This document shows, in pieces, positions 25,728-35,104 of a stretch of DNA of 64,000 nucleotides; within the stretch, counting starts at the first letter, position 1; each line of letters begins with the position of its first letter. Origin of the DNA: an uncultured Bacteroidales bacterium (GTDB lineage Bacteria; Bacteroidota; Bacteroidia; Bacteroidales; F082); the NCBI GenBank assembly GCA_900318085.1, contig ONJF01000012.1, positions 7,926-71,925 on the forward strand, read 5' to 3'. The notes beneath the pieces are model-generated. The model was not told where the DNA came from and did not search any database. It saw only the letters and a program-made list of their open reading frames with translations. A program made the position numbers and the translations under genes.

Positions 25728-26218
25728 ATTCCTTCGCCGCCATAGACTTCGAGACCGCCAACAACGAGCGCACTAGCGTGTGCAGCGTCGGCGTGGTAAT
25801 TGTGAAAGAAGGCGAGTTCGTGGACTCCTTTTATTCGCTAATCCAGCCTGAGCCGAATTATTACCTCTATTGGAACACCCTCGTCCACGGTATCACCAAA
25901 GAGGACACCGAGGATGCGCCAGTGTTTCCTTTTGTCTGGCAAAAGATAGAGCCGCTTATTGAGGGTCTGCCTCTCGTGGCGCACAACAGCCCTTTCGACG
26001 AAGGTTGCCTAAAGGCCGTGATGCGCTGCTATCAGATGGATTACCCCGACTATCAGTTCTACTGCACCTGTCGCGCCTCGCGCAAACACTTCGGAAAGCT
26101 GCTGCCCAACCACCAGCTGCACACCGTGGCAGCAGCCTGCGGCTACGATTTAATCAACCACCATAACGCGCTCGCCGATGCCGAAGCCTGCGCCTGGATT
26201 GCACGAGAGATTTTGTAA
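25724..26218 (+). CDS. DEDDh 3'-5' exonuclease (DnaQ/epsilon-like)
   Basis: FAAIDFETAN (Exo I), AHNSPFDEGCL (Exo II) and HNALADAEA (Exo III, H-x4-D). ATGA overlap with the WYL gene stop. Confidence 0.75.
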   Translation: MNSFAAIDFETANNERTSVCSVGVVIVKEGEFVDSFYSLIQPEPNYYLYWNTLVHGITKEDTEDAPVFPFVWQKIEPLIEGLPLVAHNSPFDEGCLKAVMRCYQMDYPDYQFYCTCRASRKHFGKLLPNHQLHTVAAACGYDLINHHNALADAEACAWIAREIL

Positions 26219-26222
26219 TTCC

Positions 26223-26371
26223 ATTCGGAATTTACTGTAATTTTGCAGAAAATTCCGAATAGAAATGGTCATCAAATCGGAATTTATTGTAATTTTACAG
26301 AAAAATCGGAATAAAATTAGTTTCAATTCGGAATTTATTGTAATTTTGCAGAAAATTCCGAATAAAAATGG
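26223..26371 (+). repeat. Three tandem ~51-bp copies of a promoter/operator unit; the third contains the ATPase start codon
   Basis: The unit is ATTCGGAAT-TTAYTGTAATTTTGCAGAAA-ATTCCGAAT-ARAAATGG, a 9-bp inverted repeat bracketing the -7 box TAATTTTG. Copies lie at 26223-68, 26275-320 (degenerate) and 26326-71. Confidence 0.75.
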
Positions 26372-27633
26372 AACAAACTTATATCAAGCGCGAGACTTAC
26401 CTCCAAAAACTCATCGACCGAATGGACAATGGCGAAGTGAAAATCGTCACCGGTCCAAGGCGATGTGGAAAGTCGTGGCTCCTCAAGCGCATCTTCAAGG
26501 ATTATCTGGTCTCCAATGGTGTAGCCGAAGAAAGCATCATCATCGTTTCCTTCGACATGGATGACGAAGAGGAAATGTATGGCGACCTCACCGTACGTGG
26601 AGCGCTGAAAGAGTTCCTTTACAGCCGCATCACTTCGCCAAAAACCAATTATTATGTCATTCTAGATGAAGTGCAAGAGGTGGAGGGTTTTGAAAAGATT
26701 GTCAACGGGCTGAATGCCAAGGACAATGTGGATGTTTACATCACTGGGAGCAATTCACACTTCCTTTCTTCCGACATCCGAACCATCTTCCGCGGTCGCG
26801 GTGACGAAGTGCGAGTTTATCCACTTTCATTCAAGGAGTTTTGCTCAAACAGGACCGAGCCTATTAACGAACTTTGGAAAGAATATTACACCTACGGGGG
26901 CATGCCTGGATTGCTCAACCACCATACTCCCGAGCAGAAAGTGGCTTATTTGCAACGGCTTTGGAGCAAGACCTACCTTGACGATGTGGTGGAACGCAAT
27001 CATGTGAAAAACCGCGAGGCCCTTTCTGCGCTTGCCGATGCGCTATGTTCCTCCATCGGTTCCTTGACCAATCCCAACCGCATCAGCAATGTGCTGCAAA
27101 GTGTTCAAAAGACCAAAATCGACCCAGAAACTGTTGGAAACTACATTGATTACCTTGAGGAAGCCTTCCTTTTCGAAGGTGCAAAACGCTTTAATATCAA
27201 GGGAAACAAATATTTTGAAAGCATTAAGAAATACTATGCCGTCGATGTAGGACTACGCAATGCCAAACTCAATTTCCGTCAGCAAGAAATCACTCACATC
27301 ATGGAGAATGTCATATATAATGAATTGAGGATGAGAGGTTTCAGCGTAGATGTGGGATTGGTGGAAAGTCGCGAAATGCGTGAAGGCAAGATGGCCTACA
27401 TACAATACGAAATCGACTTCATCGCACAAAACGGGATGGACAAGTACTATATCCAATCCGCCTTCAAGATGGACAATGCCGAAAAGCAAGAAAATGAAAT
27501 CCGCTCTCTGCAAAAAGTGGACGACAGTTTCAAAAAAATCGTCATCACTGGAGACGACATTGCCACTTATACCGATACAAAAGGTATAGTTTATATGGGA
27601 TTATTTCAGTTTTTAAAGGGAGAATTATTATGA
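26368..27633 (+). CDS. AAA-type ATPase of the AAA_14/DUF4143 class
   Basis: 421 aa. Walker A GPRRCGKS, Walker B YVILDEVQ. Architecture typical of DUF4143 ATP-binding proteins. Confidence 0.65.
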   Translation: MEQTYIKRETYLQKLIDRMDNGEVKIVTGPRRCGKSWLLKRIFKDYLVSNGVAEESIIIVSFDMDDEEEMYGDLTVRGALKEFLYSRITSPKTNYYVILDEVQEVEGFEKIVNGLNAKDNVDVYITGSNSHFLSSDIRTIFRGRGDEVRVYPLSFKEFCSNRTEPINELWKEYYTYGGMPGLLNHHTPEQKVAYLQRLWSKTYLDDVVERNHVKNREALSALADALCSSIGSLTNPNRISNVLQSVQKTKIDPETVGNYIDYLEEAFLFEGAKRFNIKGNKYFESIKKYYAVDVGLRNAKLNFRQQEITHIMENVIYNELRMRGFSVDVGLVESREMREGKMAYIQYEIDFIAQNGMDKYYIQSAFKMDNAEKQENEIRSLQKVDDSFKKIVITGDDIATYTDTKGIVYMGLFQFLKGELL

Positions 27634-28133
27634 ACACAAAACAAGCCTTAGACTTACTCACAAAAGACGATTATGCAACATTGAGGGAGCAACTCAGCAC
27701 CGGTCAGCATCCCTTCGCTGTGGTACTATGCTGCTCCGACAGCCGCGTGGCACCCGAGATTATCTTCGACCAAAAGCTCGGTGACCTCTTTGTTATCCGC
27801 AACGCGGGCAACGTCATCGACAAACACGTTCTCGGTTCCATTGAATATGCTGTGGAACATTTAGGCACCTCCTTGGTCGTGGTCATGGGCCATTCTTGTT
27901 GCGGCGCAGTCACCGCCACCCACTTAGGCGAGACCTTGCCCGACAACATCATGGCCATCGCCAGACGCATCAAGCCCTCCATCAACACCTCGGACGACAT
28001 CGACGACAATGCCCGCCGTCATGCGGCACGGATGGCGAGATGGATACAGCGCGACCCCATCGTCAAGCACCTGAACGCACAAGTGGTATCGGCTTTCTAC
28101 GATCTCCAAAGCGGAAAAGTGGAATGGCTGTAA
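27630..28133 (+). CDS. Beta-class carbonic anhydrase
   Basis: CSDSRV and GHSCCGAV zinc-ligand motifs. ATGA overlap with the preceding stop. Confidence 0.8.
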   Translation: MNTKQALDLLTKDDYATLREQLSTGQHPFAVVLCCSDSRVAPEIIFDQKLGDLFVIRNAGNVIDKHVLGSIEYAVEHLGTSLVVVMGHSCCGAVTATHLGETLPDNIMAIARRIKPSINTSDDIDDNARRHAARMARWIQRDPIVKHLNAQVVSAFYDLQSGKVEWL

Positions 28134-28145
28134 CGCAGTTTTCAC

Positions 28146-28153
28146 TATTTTTG
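28146..28153 (+). promoter_or_regulatory. -7 box TATTTTTG
   Basis: Matches TAnnTTTG, 26 nt before the ATG at 28179. Confidence 0.45.
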
Positions 28154-28178
28154 TCGTCTCATTCATAGAAAACAGACC

Positions 28179-29807
28179 ATGAAAACAAACACAAAACACA
28201 TAACCTTAGCGTTAATCGCTTCAATTCTGTCCTTTATGACCGCATGCAACCCAAAAACACCCGTTGACCTTATCGTCCACAATGCCAATATTTACACCGT
28301 CGACGACGATTTCTCCAAAGCCCAAGCCCTTGCTGTGAAAGACGGTAAGTTTGTCGCCGTCGGCGATGAAGAGAGCATCATTCGCCAATACGCCGCCCAG
28401 GAAACCATCGACGCACAAGGCGACGCGGTCTATCCCGGCTTCATGGACGGGCACAGCCACTTCACGGGCTACGGCGAGAACCTCATCCGCTGGGCCGACC
28501 TGAAAGGCTGCTGTTCCTACGACGAAGTCATCGAGCGCCTCAAGGTGCACGACAGCCTCTACCCTGCCGAATGGCTCTTGGGTCGCGGCTGGGACCAAAA
28601 CCTGTGGAAAGTAGCCGAGTTTCCAGACAACGAAAAGCTTGCAGAAGTCTTCCCAGACAAGAAAGTCCTGCTGACTCGCGTGGATGGACATGCGGTATTG
28701 GTCTCCAAAGAGGTTCTTGACTTGGCCAACATTGACGCGAACACGAAGATGGACGGCGGTATGGCCATCGTCAAAGAAGGTCTCTGCACGGGTGTGTTGT
28801 TGGACAACCTCGCTGACGCTGCCAAATCCTTAGTGCCCAAGATGGAGACTGCACAAAGCATTCAAGCTTTGCTCAAGGCGCAAGAGAACTGCATGGCCGT
28901 CGGCCTGACCAGCGTCACCGATGCAGGACAAGACATCGCCACCATCGAACTTATCGACAGCCTGCAACAAGCGGGACAACTCAAGATGCACGTCAACGCG
29001 ATGGTCAACCCCGACGACGAAACGATGGACCATTTCATGCGCCAAGGTGTCATCGACAAGGAAAGGCTCACCGTCCGCAGCGTGAAGATCTATGCCGACG
29101 GCGCCTTGGGTTCACGCGGCGCGAAACTGCTTGAACCTTACACAGACGACCCGACCAACGACGGTTTGATTTTGGAAAGTGACGAGTTCTACCGTCATGT
29201 CTGCCAAAAGGCATACGATGCTGGCTATCAAGTGTGCTGCCATGCCATCGGCGACGGCGGCGTGCACCATATTTTGGACATCTTTTCGGAATACCTGAAA
29301 GGCAAAAATGATTTACGCTGGCGCATCGAACACTCCCAAACGGTGGCCGACGCGGACTTCCAACGCTTTGGTGAATTCTCTGTCATCCCTTCCATTCAAA
29401 CCACCCACTGCACCTCCGACATGGACTGGGCCGATGAGCGTCTCGGCGAGCGCATCAAGAACGCATACGCCTATCAGCAACTGCTACAACAAAACGGCTG
29501 GGTCATCAACGGCACCGACTTCCCCATCGAAGACATCAGCCCCATCTATACCTTCTATGCCGCCGTGGCCCGTAAGCACTTGGACGGCACGCCTGCCGAG
29601 GGCTTCCAAATGGAGAACGCTCTAACCCGCGAACAAGCCTTGCGTTCCATCACCATTTGGGTGGCCAAAGGCTGCTTCCTCGAAGGTCGCAAAGGCAGCA
29701 TTGAAGTCGGGAAAGACGCCGATTTTGTGATTCTTGATAGAGACTTGATGACTGTGGCAGAAAATGATATTCCCATGGCCAAAGTGAAGATGTGCCATAT
29801 CCACTAA
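28179..29807 (+). CDS. Amidohydrolase-family metal hydrolase (YtcJ-like), lipoprotein
   Basis: 542 aa. Signal ending MTACN, FMDGHSHF and CHAIGD metal-ligand motifs. Confidence 0.75.
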   Translation: MKTNTKHITLALIASILSFMTACNPKTPVDLIVHNANIYTVDDDFSKAQALAVKDGKFVAVGDEESIIRQYAAQETIDAQGDAVYPGFMDGHSHFTGYGENLIRWADLKGCCSYDEVIERLKVHDSLYPAEWLLGRGWDQNLWKVAEFPDNEKLAEVFPDKKVLLTRVDGHAVLVSKEVLDLANIDANTKMDGGMAIVKEGLCTGVLLDNLADAAKSLVPKMETAQSIQALLKAQENCMAVGLTSVTDAGQDIATIELIDSLQQAGQLKMHVNAMVNPDDETMDHFMRQGVIDKERLTVRSVKIYADGALGSRGAKLLEPYTDDPTNDGLILESDEFYRHVCQKAYDAGYQVCCHAIGDGGVHHILDIFSEYLKGKNDLRWRIEHSQTVADADFQRFGEFSVIPSIQTTHCTSDMDWADERLGERIKNAYAYQQLLQQNGWVINGTDFPIEDISPIYTFYAAVARKHLDGTPAEGFQMENALTREQALRSITIWVAKGCFLEGRKGSIEVGKDADFVILDRDLMTVAENDIPMAKVKMCHIH

Positions 29808-29823
29808 CCCAACCCAAAACCTT

Positions 29824-32088
29824 ATGGAAAGCTCCGCAGAATTCGACTATATCCTCATCAAAGACGCCACCGAGAACAACCTGAAGCACGTCATCGTCAA
29901 GATTCCGAAACGGCAAATCACCGTGGTGACGGGCGTGTCGGGGTCGGGCAAGTCGTCATTGGTGTTGGATACCATTGCTGCCAAGTCGAGGCGGGAGTTG
30001 AACGACACTTTTCCTTCTTTCACACAGCAATACCTGCCCAAATATGGCCGTCCCCATGTCGGAGACATCGAGAATCTGCCTATCGCCATCGTCATCGAGC
30101 AAAGGAAGCCGACTTCTAACTCGCGCTCTACGGTAGGCACCTACACGGATATATATGCCTTGTTGCGCCTGTTGTTCTCTCGTATCGGTCAACCTTTTGT
30201 GGGTTATTCCGATGCCTTCTCGTTCAACCATCCTTCGGGGAGCTGTCCACGATGCACCGGATTGGGCGAAATCCGCGAGTTGGACATCCACAAACTCGTC
30301 GACTTCGACAAGTCGCTCAACGACGAGGACACCATCCACTACATCGCCTTCGGCAAAGGCGGCTGGCGTTGGATACGCTACGCCCACAGCGGACTTTTCG
30401 ACTTGGACAAGAAAATCAAAGACTACACGCCCGAAGAACTCGATTTGTTCCTCAATTCGCCTCAAATCAAACTGAAAAACCCGCCTTCCAACTGGCCTAA
30501 AAGCGCCAAATATGAAGGTCTCATACCAAGAATGTACCGCAGCATCATCAACTCGGAGGAAGGTCTGCTCCATGCCGCCGTGCTCAACCCCATGCTGACC
30601 ATGGGTACCTGTCCAGACTGTGGTGGCACCCGCCTCAACGAGAAGATACGCTCCTGCAAGATCAAAGGCATAAACATCGCAGAGGTGACCGCCATGAGCA
30701 TCGCCGACTGCCGCCAATGGATGGAGACCATCGACAATCCCCTCGCTGAGGACATCAAGCACGCCACCCTCGAAAGGTTGGCCGCATTGGAAGAAATCGG
30801 TCTCGGCTACCTCACCCTCGACCGCGCCATCGGCACACTTTCTGGTGGCGAGGCGCAACGCTGCAAGATCGCCAAATACATCAACTCACCCCTTTCCGAC
30901 GTGATGTATATCCTCGACGAGCCCAGTGTGGGCCTGCATAACCACGACATCCTGCTCATGCAGAAGTCGGTGCAGAAGCTGAAAAACCATGGCAACACCG
31001 TCATCTTGGTGGAACACCATAAGGATATGATCAAAATCGCCGACCACATCATCGACATGGGTCCTGGTGCGGGCGTGAAAGGCGGTGAAATCGTCTTCGA
31101 AGGCAGCTACGACGAATTGTTGCGAAGCCAGACACTGACAGGCATTTCGCTCAGCGCAACAAGTTTCATAAAGGAACAAGTTCGTCAGCCCAAGTCTTTT
31201 TTCCACCTTGAAAGCGCCACCTTGCATAACATCAAAAACTTGACAGTGGATTTGCCATTGGGCGTGATGTGTGGCATTGCGGGCGTGGCCGGCTCGGGCA
31301 AAAGTTCACTGATGGAATGCTTCCGTAAAGCTTATCCACAGCCAGAGGAAATCGTGTACATCAGCCAGAAAAACATCGGCATCAGCTTGCGTTCCACTCC
31401 CGCCACCTATCTCGAAGTGGCCGACGACATCCGTAAACTCTTCGCCAAAGTGAACAAGACCAAAGCCGACCTGTTCTCATTCAACGGCAAAGGTGGTTGC
31501 CCCGTTTGTCAGGGCAAGGGCGTCATTGTCAGCGACATGGCCTTCATGGACGCCATCGAGACCACCTGCGAGGCCTGTGGCGGACTGCGTTACAGCAACG
31601 AAGTCTTATCATATAAGGTCAACGGCATGAACATTGCCGAGGTGATGGACTTGACCGCCAACAAAGCCTCAGAGATGTTCGCCGGCACCGTCATCGCTGA
31701 GAAGTTGGAGCCTTTGCGCAAGGTCGGGTTGGGTTATTTGCATCTGAATCAGTCGCTTTCGACCCTTTCGGGCGGCGAGTTGCAGCGCATCAAGTTGGCT
31801 TCCTATCTTCGCGACGCAGGCAAGATCTTCATCATGGACGAGCCTTCCGACGGTCTCCACCTCAACGACATCAAGCGCATCATCGACCTATTTGACACCA
31901 TGGTTGAAGCAGGCAATACCATTTTCCTCATCGAGCATAACCTAGAGATGTTGAAAGCTTGTGACTACCTCGTGGAACTCGGCCCCGGTGGCGGTGCCAT
32001 GGGCGGCAAAATCATCTTCAAAGGCACACCGAAAGAGATGCTAAAGTGCAAAGATTCTGTTACTGCGCCATATCTTTCAGCGCATTAG
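29824..32088 (+). CDS. Short UvrA paralog (ABC-ATPase pair with zinc modules; too short to contain the UvrB-binding insertion)
   Basis: 754 aa against about 940 for canonical UvrA. GVSGSGKSS, LSGGEAQR, CPDCGGTR, CPVCQGKG...CEACGG, LSGGELQR. Confidence 0.8.
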   Translation: MESSAEFDYILIKDATENNLKHVIVKIPKRQITVVTGVSGSGKSSLVLDTIAAKSRRELNDTFPSFTQQYLPKYGRPHVGDIENLPIAIVIEQRKPTSNSRSTVGTYTDIYALLRLLFSRIGQPFVGYSDAFSFNHPSGSCPRCTGLGEIRELDIHKLVDFDKSLNDEDTIHYIAFGKGGWRWIRYAHSGLFDLDKKIKDYTPEELDLFLNSPQIKLKNPPSNWPKSAKYEGLIPRMYRSIINSEEGLLHAAVLNPMLTMGTCPDCGGTRLNEKIRSCKIKGINIAEVTAMSIADCRQWMETIDNPLAEDIKHATLERLAALEEIGLGYLTLDRAIGTLSGGEAQRCKIAKYINSPLSDVMYILDEPSVGLHNHDILLMQKSVQKLKNHGNTVILVEHHKDMIKIADHIIDMGPGAGVKGGEIVFEGSYDELLRSQTLTGISLSATSFIKEQVRQPKSFFHLESATLHNIKNLTVDLPLGVMCGIAGVAGSGKSSLMECFRKAYPQPEEIVYISQKNIGISLRSTPATYLEVADDIRKLFAKVNKTKADLFSFNGKGGCPVCQGKGVIVSDMAFMDAIETTCEACGGLRYSNEVLSYKVNGMNIAEVMDLTANKASEMFAGTVIAEKLEPLRKVGLGYLHLNQSLSTLSGGELQRIKLASYLRDAGKIFIMDEPSDGLHLNDIKRIIDLFDTMVEAGNTIFLIEHNLEMLKACDYLVELGPGGGAMGGKIIFKGTPKEMLKCKDSVTAPYLSAH

Positions 32089-32139
32089 CCACGCAACTTT
32101 TTTTCGCCATAGCGAAGACAATAGTATTCAAAAAAAGTG

Positions 32140-32147
32140 TATTTTTG
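32140..32147 (+). promoter_or_regulatory. -7 box TATTTTTG
   Basis: Matches TAnnTTTG, 37 nt before the ATG at 32184. Confidence 0.45.
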
Positions 32148-32183
32148 CATTTTTCAACATTTTGCAAACTAATTTCCATTTCA

Positions 32184-32669
32184 ATGAAACGCTTATTTCA
32201 ATGCGGATTGCTGCTCGCAGCCTTAATCTTCGGGCTGGCATTTCATCTTACAGCGCAATCCACACAAATGACCATCTATCTCAACGATGGTGCAGAGAGA
32301 ACCTATTTTATGACGCCAAGCGACCGCGTCTATTTCGAAGATAATGAGATTCTTGTGGTCGAGACCACCGTCACCATGCGATCGGACAGGTACAATCTTG
32401 CCGACATCCGAAAAATCACTTGTGCCGAAGCAGTTGGCGTCCAAGAAGATTCGGGAACCTCACCTTTCCTCTCCCCCAACCCTGTTCACGACACCTTCAT
32501 ACTGCGTAATCTCAATGGAGAAGAGACAGTCCGAATCTACGCCCTTGACGGCAGATTAATGAAATCGATGGAGGTCACGAGCGAACAACACATCGACATC
32601 TCCGACCTCCCCTTCGGGCTTTATCTTGTGAAAACCGAGCGCCAAACCCTTAAAATGATCAAGCTATGA
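32184..32669 (+). CDS. Small secreted protein with a T9SS C-terminal sorting domain
   Basis: Trimmed to MKRLFQCGLLLAALIFG. The C-terminus LSPNPVHDTFILRNL...FGLYLVKTERQTLKMIKL fits the T9SS CTD. Confidence 0.65.
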   Translation: MKRLFQCGLLLAALIFGLAFHLTAQSTQMTIYLNDGAERTYFMTPSDRVYFEDNEILVVETTVTMRSDRYNLADIRKITCAEAVGVQEDSGTSPFLSPNPVHDTFILRNLNGEETVRIYALDGRLMKSMEVTSEQHIDISDLPFGLYLVKTERQTLKMIKL

Positions 32670-35104
32670 GAAAGACATTATTAGCTGCCCTTCTGCTGGC
32701 TTTCATGGGGCTCAACGCACAAAACTACCACATCAACCTTCACCATAGCGGCTCTGTGGTATACGACAACGACATAAATACCATCAGCGACATCCGCTTC
32801 CAAGGCAGCCAACCTGCCAACATGCTCATCAACGGAGAAAGCGGGACGATGACCTTCCCCCTTACCGCTTTCGACAGCATCACCTTCGTCAAGCACGAAG
32901 AACCGCCTCAACCCCCAGCGGGCGACATGGTCTATATCACTTATAATGGTTCCAGCGTAGAAGTTATCAACCCGTTTTCCAACAACGGCGTGACGGTGAG
33001 CACGAGCAGTGCCAACGTCACAGTGAACTCCACTATGGCTAACGTGCCTTATGTTGTTTCAGGTACCTCAAGCAACGGCTCGTTTACGATTTACAGCACA
33101 TCTTCGTTCTATTTGGCACTCAATTCTTTATCGCTGACGAGCACGAGTGCTGCCGCCATCAATTTGGCTTCCAATGTCAACACAACCCTTGCTTTGAGAG
33201 GCACTTCCACCCTCGCCGACGGTGCCAACAGCAGCCTCAATGCAGCACTTTATGCCGCAGGCAGCCTCACCATTGGTGGTTCTGGAACAATGCGCATTAC
33301 GGGCAACGCCAAGCACGGCATAGCGGTGGAAGGTACGACGACGGTCAATTCAGGCACCATCACTATCCTTGATACCGACAGCGACGGCATCCACGGAAGC
33401 AGCAACCTGATTTGGAACGGCGGCAACCTTGACATTGTCTCGGCTGGTTCCGACGGCCTCGACTTCTCGGGTACCATGACCATCAACGATGGCGTTCTCA
33501 CCATCAACACAACGGCAGAGAGCCAAAGAAGTATCAAAGTGACGAACGCCTTCACCATGACGGGAGGCGCTCTTCATCTTATCATCAATGGCAACGACTG
33601 CAAGGGCATCAAAGGCGATGCCGACATCAATATCAGCGGTGGCACAGTGGATGTGCAAATAACCGGCACAGGCTCACACGGCATCTCGTCCGACACCGAT
33701 GTTGTCATCGGCGGCACGGCCGACATCACCGTTGTCTCCTCGTCGCAAGACGGCAAGTGCATCAAGAGCGACGGCACCGTCCACATCAACGGCGGCACCC
33801 TAGAACTCACCCATTCGGGCGACATCTCCAAAGGCATCACGGCCACAAGTGACGTGACCATTACGGGCGGTGACATCACCATCACCGCATCGGGTAGCAC
33901 CATACTGGAAAACATCAATAACCAAAATGTGCCCGCCTACTGCACTGCCATCAAGAGCGACACTGACATCAATATCTCGGGCGGCACTTTCCATATCACC
34001 CTACCCACAACCAACCACGGTGGCAAGGCCATCAGCGCCGATGGCAATCTGACCATCAACGATGGCGACTTCACCATCACCACACAGGGCAACGGCGCCT
34101 CCTACACCGTCAGCGGCAGCACAAAAGACGCCTACACCTCATCGTGCCTCAAGTGCGACGGCAACATGCAAATCCTCGCTGGTAATTACACTCTCAGCAG
34201 TTCGGGAACGGGCGGCAAGGGCATCAACGTGGGTGGCACCCTCGTTATTGGTCAGCAAGGCGCCAACAACGACGACCTCATCCTCAACGTCACCACCTCA
34301 GGCGAACGCATCACTGTCTCTAGCGGTGGCGGTGGCTGGCCAGGCGGAGGTGGCGGCGACTATGCCAATCCCAAGGGTATCAAGGCACAAGGCAACCTGA
34401 CCATCAACAGCGGCAACATCACCGTGCATTGCACCCAAACGCAAAACGAAGGCGGCGAGTGCATCGAGAGCAAGGCTACGCTGACCATCAACGGCGGCAA
34501 CATCGAGGCATACTCGGTGAAGGACGATGCCGTCAACGCGGCACAGAACCTCACCATCAACGGCGGCATCTATTATGCCCATAGTGACAACAACGACGGC
34601 ACCGACTCAAACGGCATCATGTTCCTCAACGGTGGCCTCAACATATCCAACGGTGCCCGTTCACCCGAGGAAGGCTTCGACTGCGACAACAACCAGTTCA
34701 AGATCACAGGTAGCACCAGCATCGGCACGGGCGGAGGCACTAGCAATCCAAGCACGAATGTCTGCACCCAGCCCTCACTGAAGATCAACACGCAGCAGGG
34801 CTACGCCATACAAATCCTCAAGTCGGACGGTACCGTGATTTGCACCTACCAATGTCCCACCTTCACGGGTGGAGGTGGCGGTGGCTGGCCTGGAGGAGGC
34901 GGCAACAGCATGGTCATGCTCTTCACCGACCCACAACTGCAAACAGGACAGTCATACACCGTAAAATACAACGGCACCATCAGTGGCGGCACCAACTGGA
35001 ACGGCTACTACACGGGCAATGTCACTTACTCGGGCGGACAAAGCACCACGGTCAACGTCAACTCAATGGTCACTACAGTGAGTGCAGGAGGCGGAGGATG
35101 GTAA
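32666..35104 (+). CDS. Large secreted parallel beta-helix repeat protein (Cthe_2159-like carbohydrate-binding family)
   Basis: 812 aa with a signal peptide. Dozens of ~22-25-aa turns of the type I.GG.l.I...gdGI.s.g.l.InGG. Three GGGGWPGGGG tracts. Confidence 0.55.
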   Translation: MRKTLLAALLLAFMGLNAQNYHINLHHSGSVVYDNDINTISDIRFQGSQPANMLINGESGTMTFPLTAFDSITFVKHEEPPQPPAGDMVYITYNGSSVEVINPFSNNGVTVSTSSANVTVNSTMANVPYVVSGTSSNGSFTIYSTSSFYLALNSLSLTSTSAAAINLASNVNTTLALRGTSTLADGANSSLNAALYAAGSLTIGGSGTMRITGNAKHGIAVEGTTTVNSGTITILDTDSDGIHGSSNLIWNGGNLDIVSAGSDGLDFSGTMTINDGVLTINTTAESQRSIKVTNAFTMTGGALHLIINGNDCKGIKGDADINISGGTVDVQITGTGSHGISSDTDVVIGGTADITVVSSSQDGKCIKSDGTVHINGGTLELTHSGDISKGITATSDVTITGGDITITASGSTILENINNQNVPAYCTAIKSDTDINISGGTFHITLPTTNHGGKAISADGNLTINDGDFTITTQGNGASYTVSGSTKDAYTSSCLKCDGNMQILAGNYTLSSSGTGGKGINVGGTLVIGQQGANNDDLILNVTTSGERITVSSGGGGWPGGGGGDYANPKGIKAQGNLTINSGNITVHCTQTQNEGGECIESKATLTINGGNIEAYSVKDDAVNAAQNLTINGGIYYAHSDNNDGTDSNGIMFLNGGLNISNGARSPEEGFDCDNNQFKITGSTSIGTGGGTSNPSTNVCTQPSLKINTQQGYAIQILKSDGTVICTYQCPTFTGGGGGGWPGGGGNSMVMLFTDPQLQTGQSYTVKYNGTISGGTNWNGYYTGNVTYSGGQSTTVNVNSMVTTVSAGGGGW

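Noticed and set aside
26223-26371. Tandem repeats, considered as a CRISPR array
   Set aside because: There are only three units, separated by 5-6 nt instead of 30-nt spacers. Each unit contains a -7 promoter box and an ATG. No cas genes are present.
26265-26564. 99-aa ORF starting in repeat unit 1
   Set aside because: Its translation simply reads through the repeats (SEFIVILQK twice) and then runs out of frame over the ATPase gene. It is an artefact of the duplicated start codon.
16200-27650. Calling the island an integrative element or prophage
   Set aside because: I found no integrase or recombinase of the tyrosine or serine type, no tRNA target, no flanking direct repeats and no phage structural or conjugation genes. 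Only a Y1/HUH transposase-like gene is present. It is better described as a variable defence-type island of unknown mobility.
29956-30858. 300-aa ORF on the minus strand
   Set aside because: It lies antisense to the UvrA paralog and is a shadow ORF.
34840-35097. Upstream part of the long ORF 34840..35739
   Set aside because: It runs out of frame inside the beta-helix gene and gives Arg/His-rich nonsense. The HD protein begins at the ATG at 35098.
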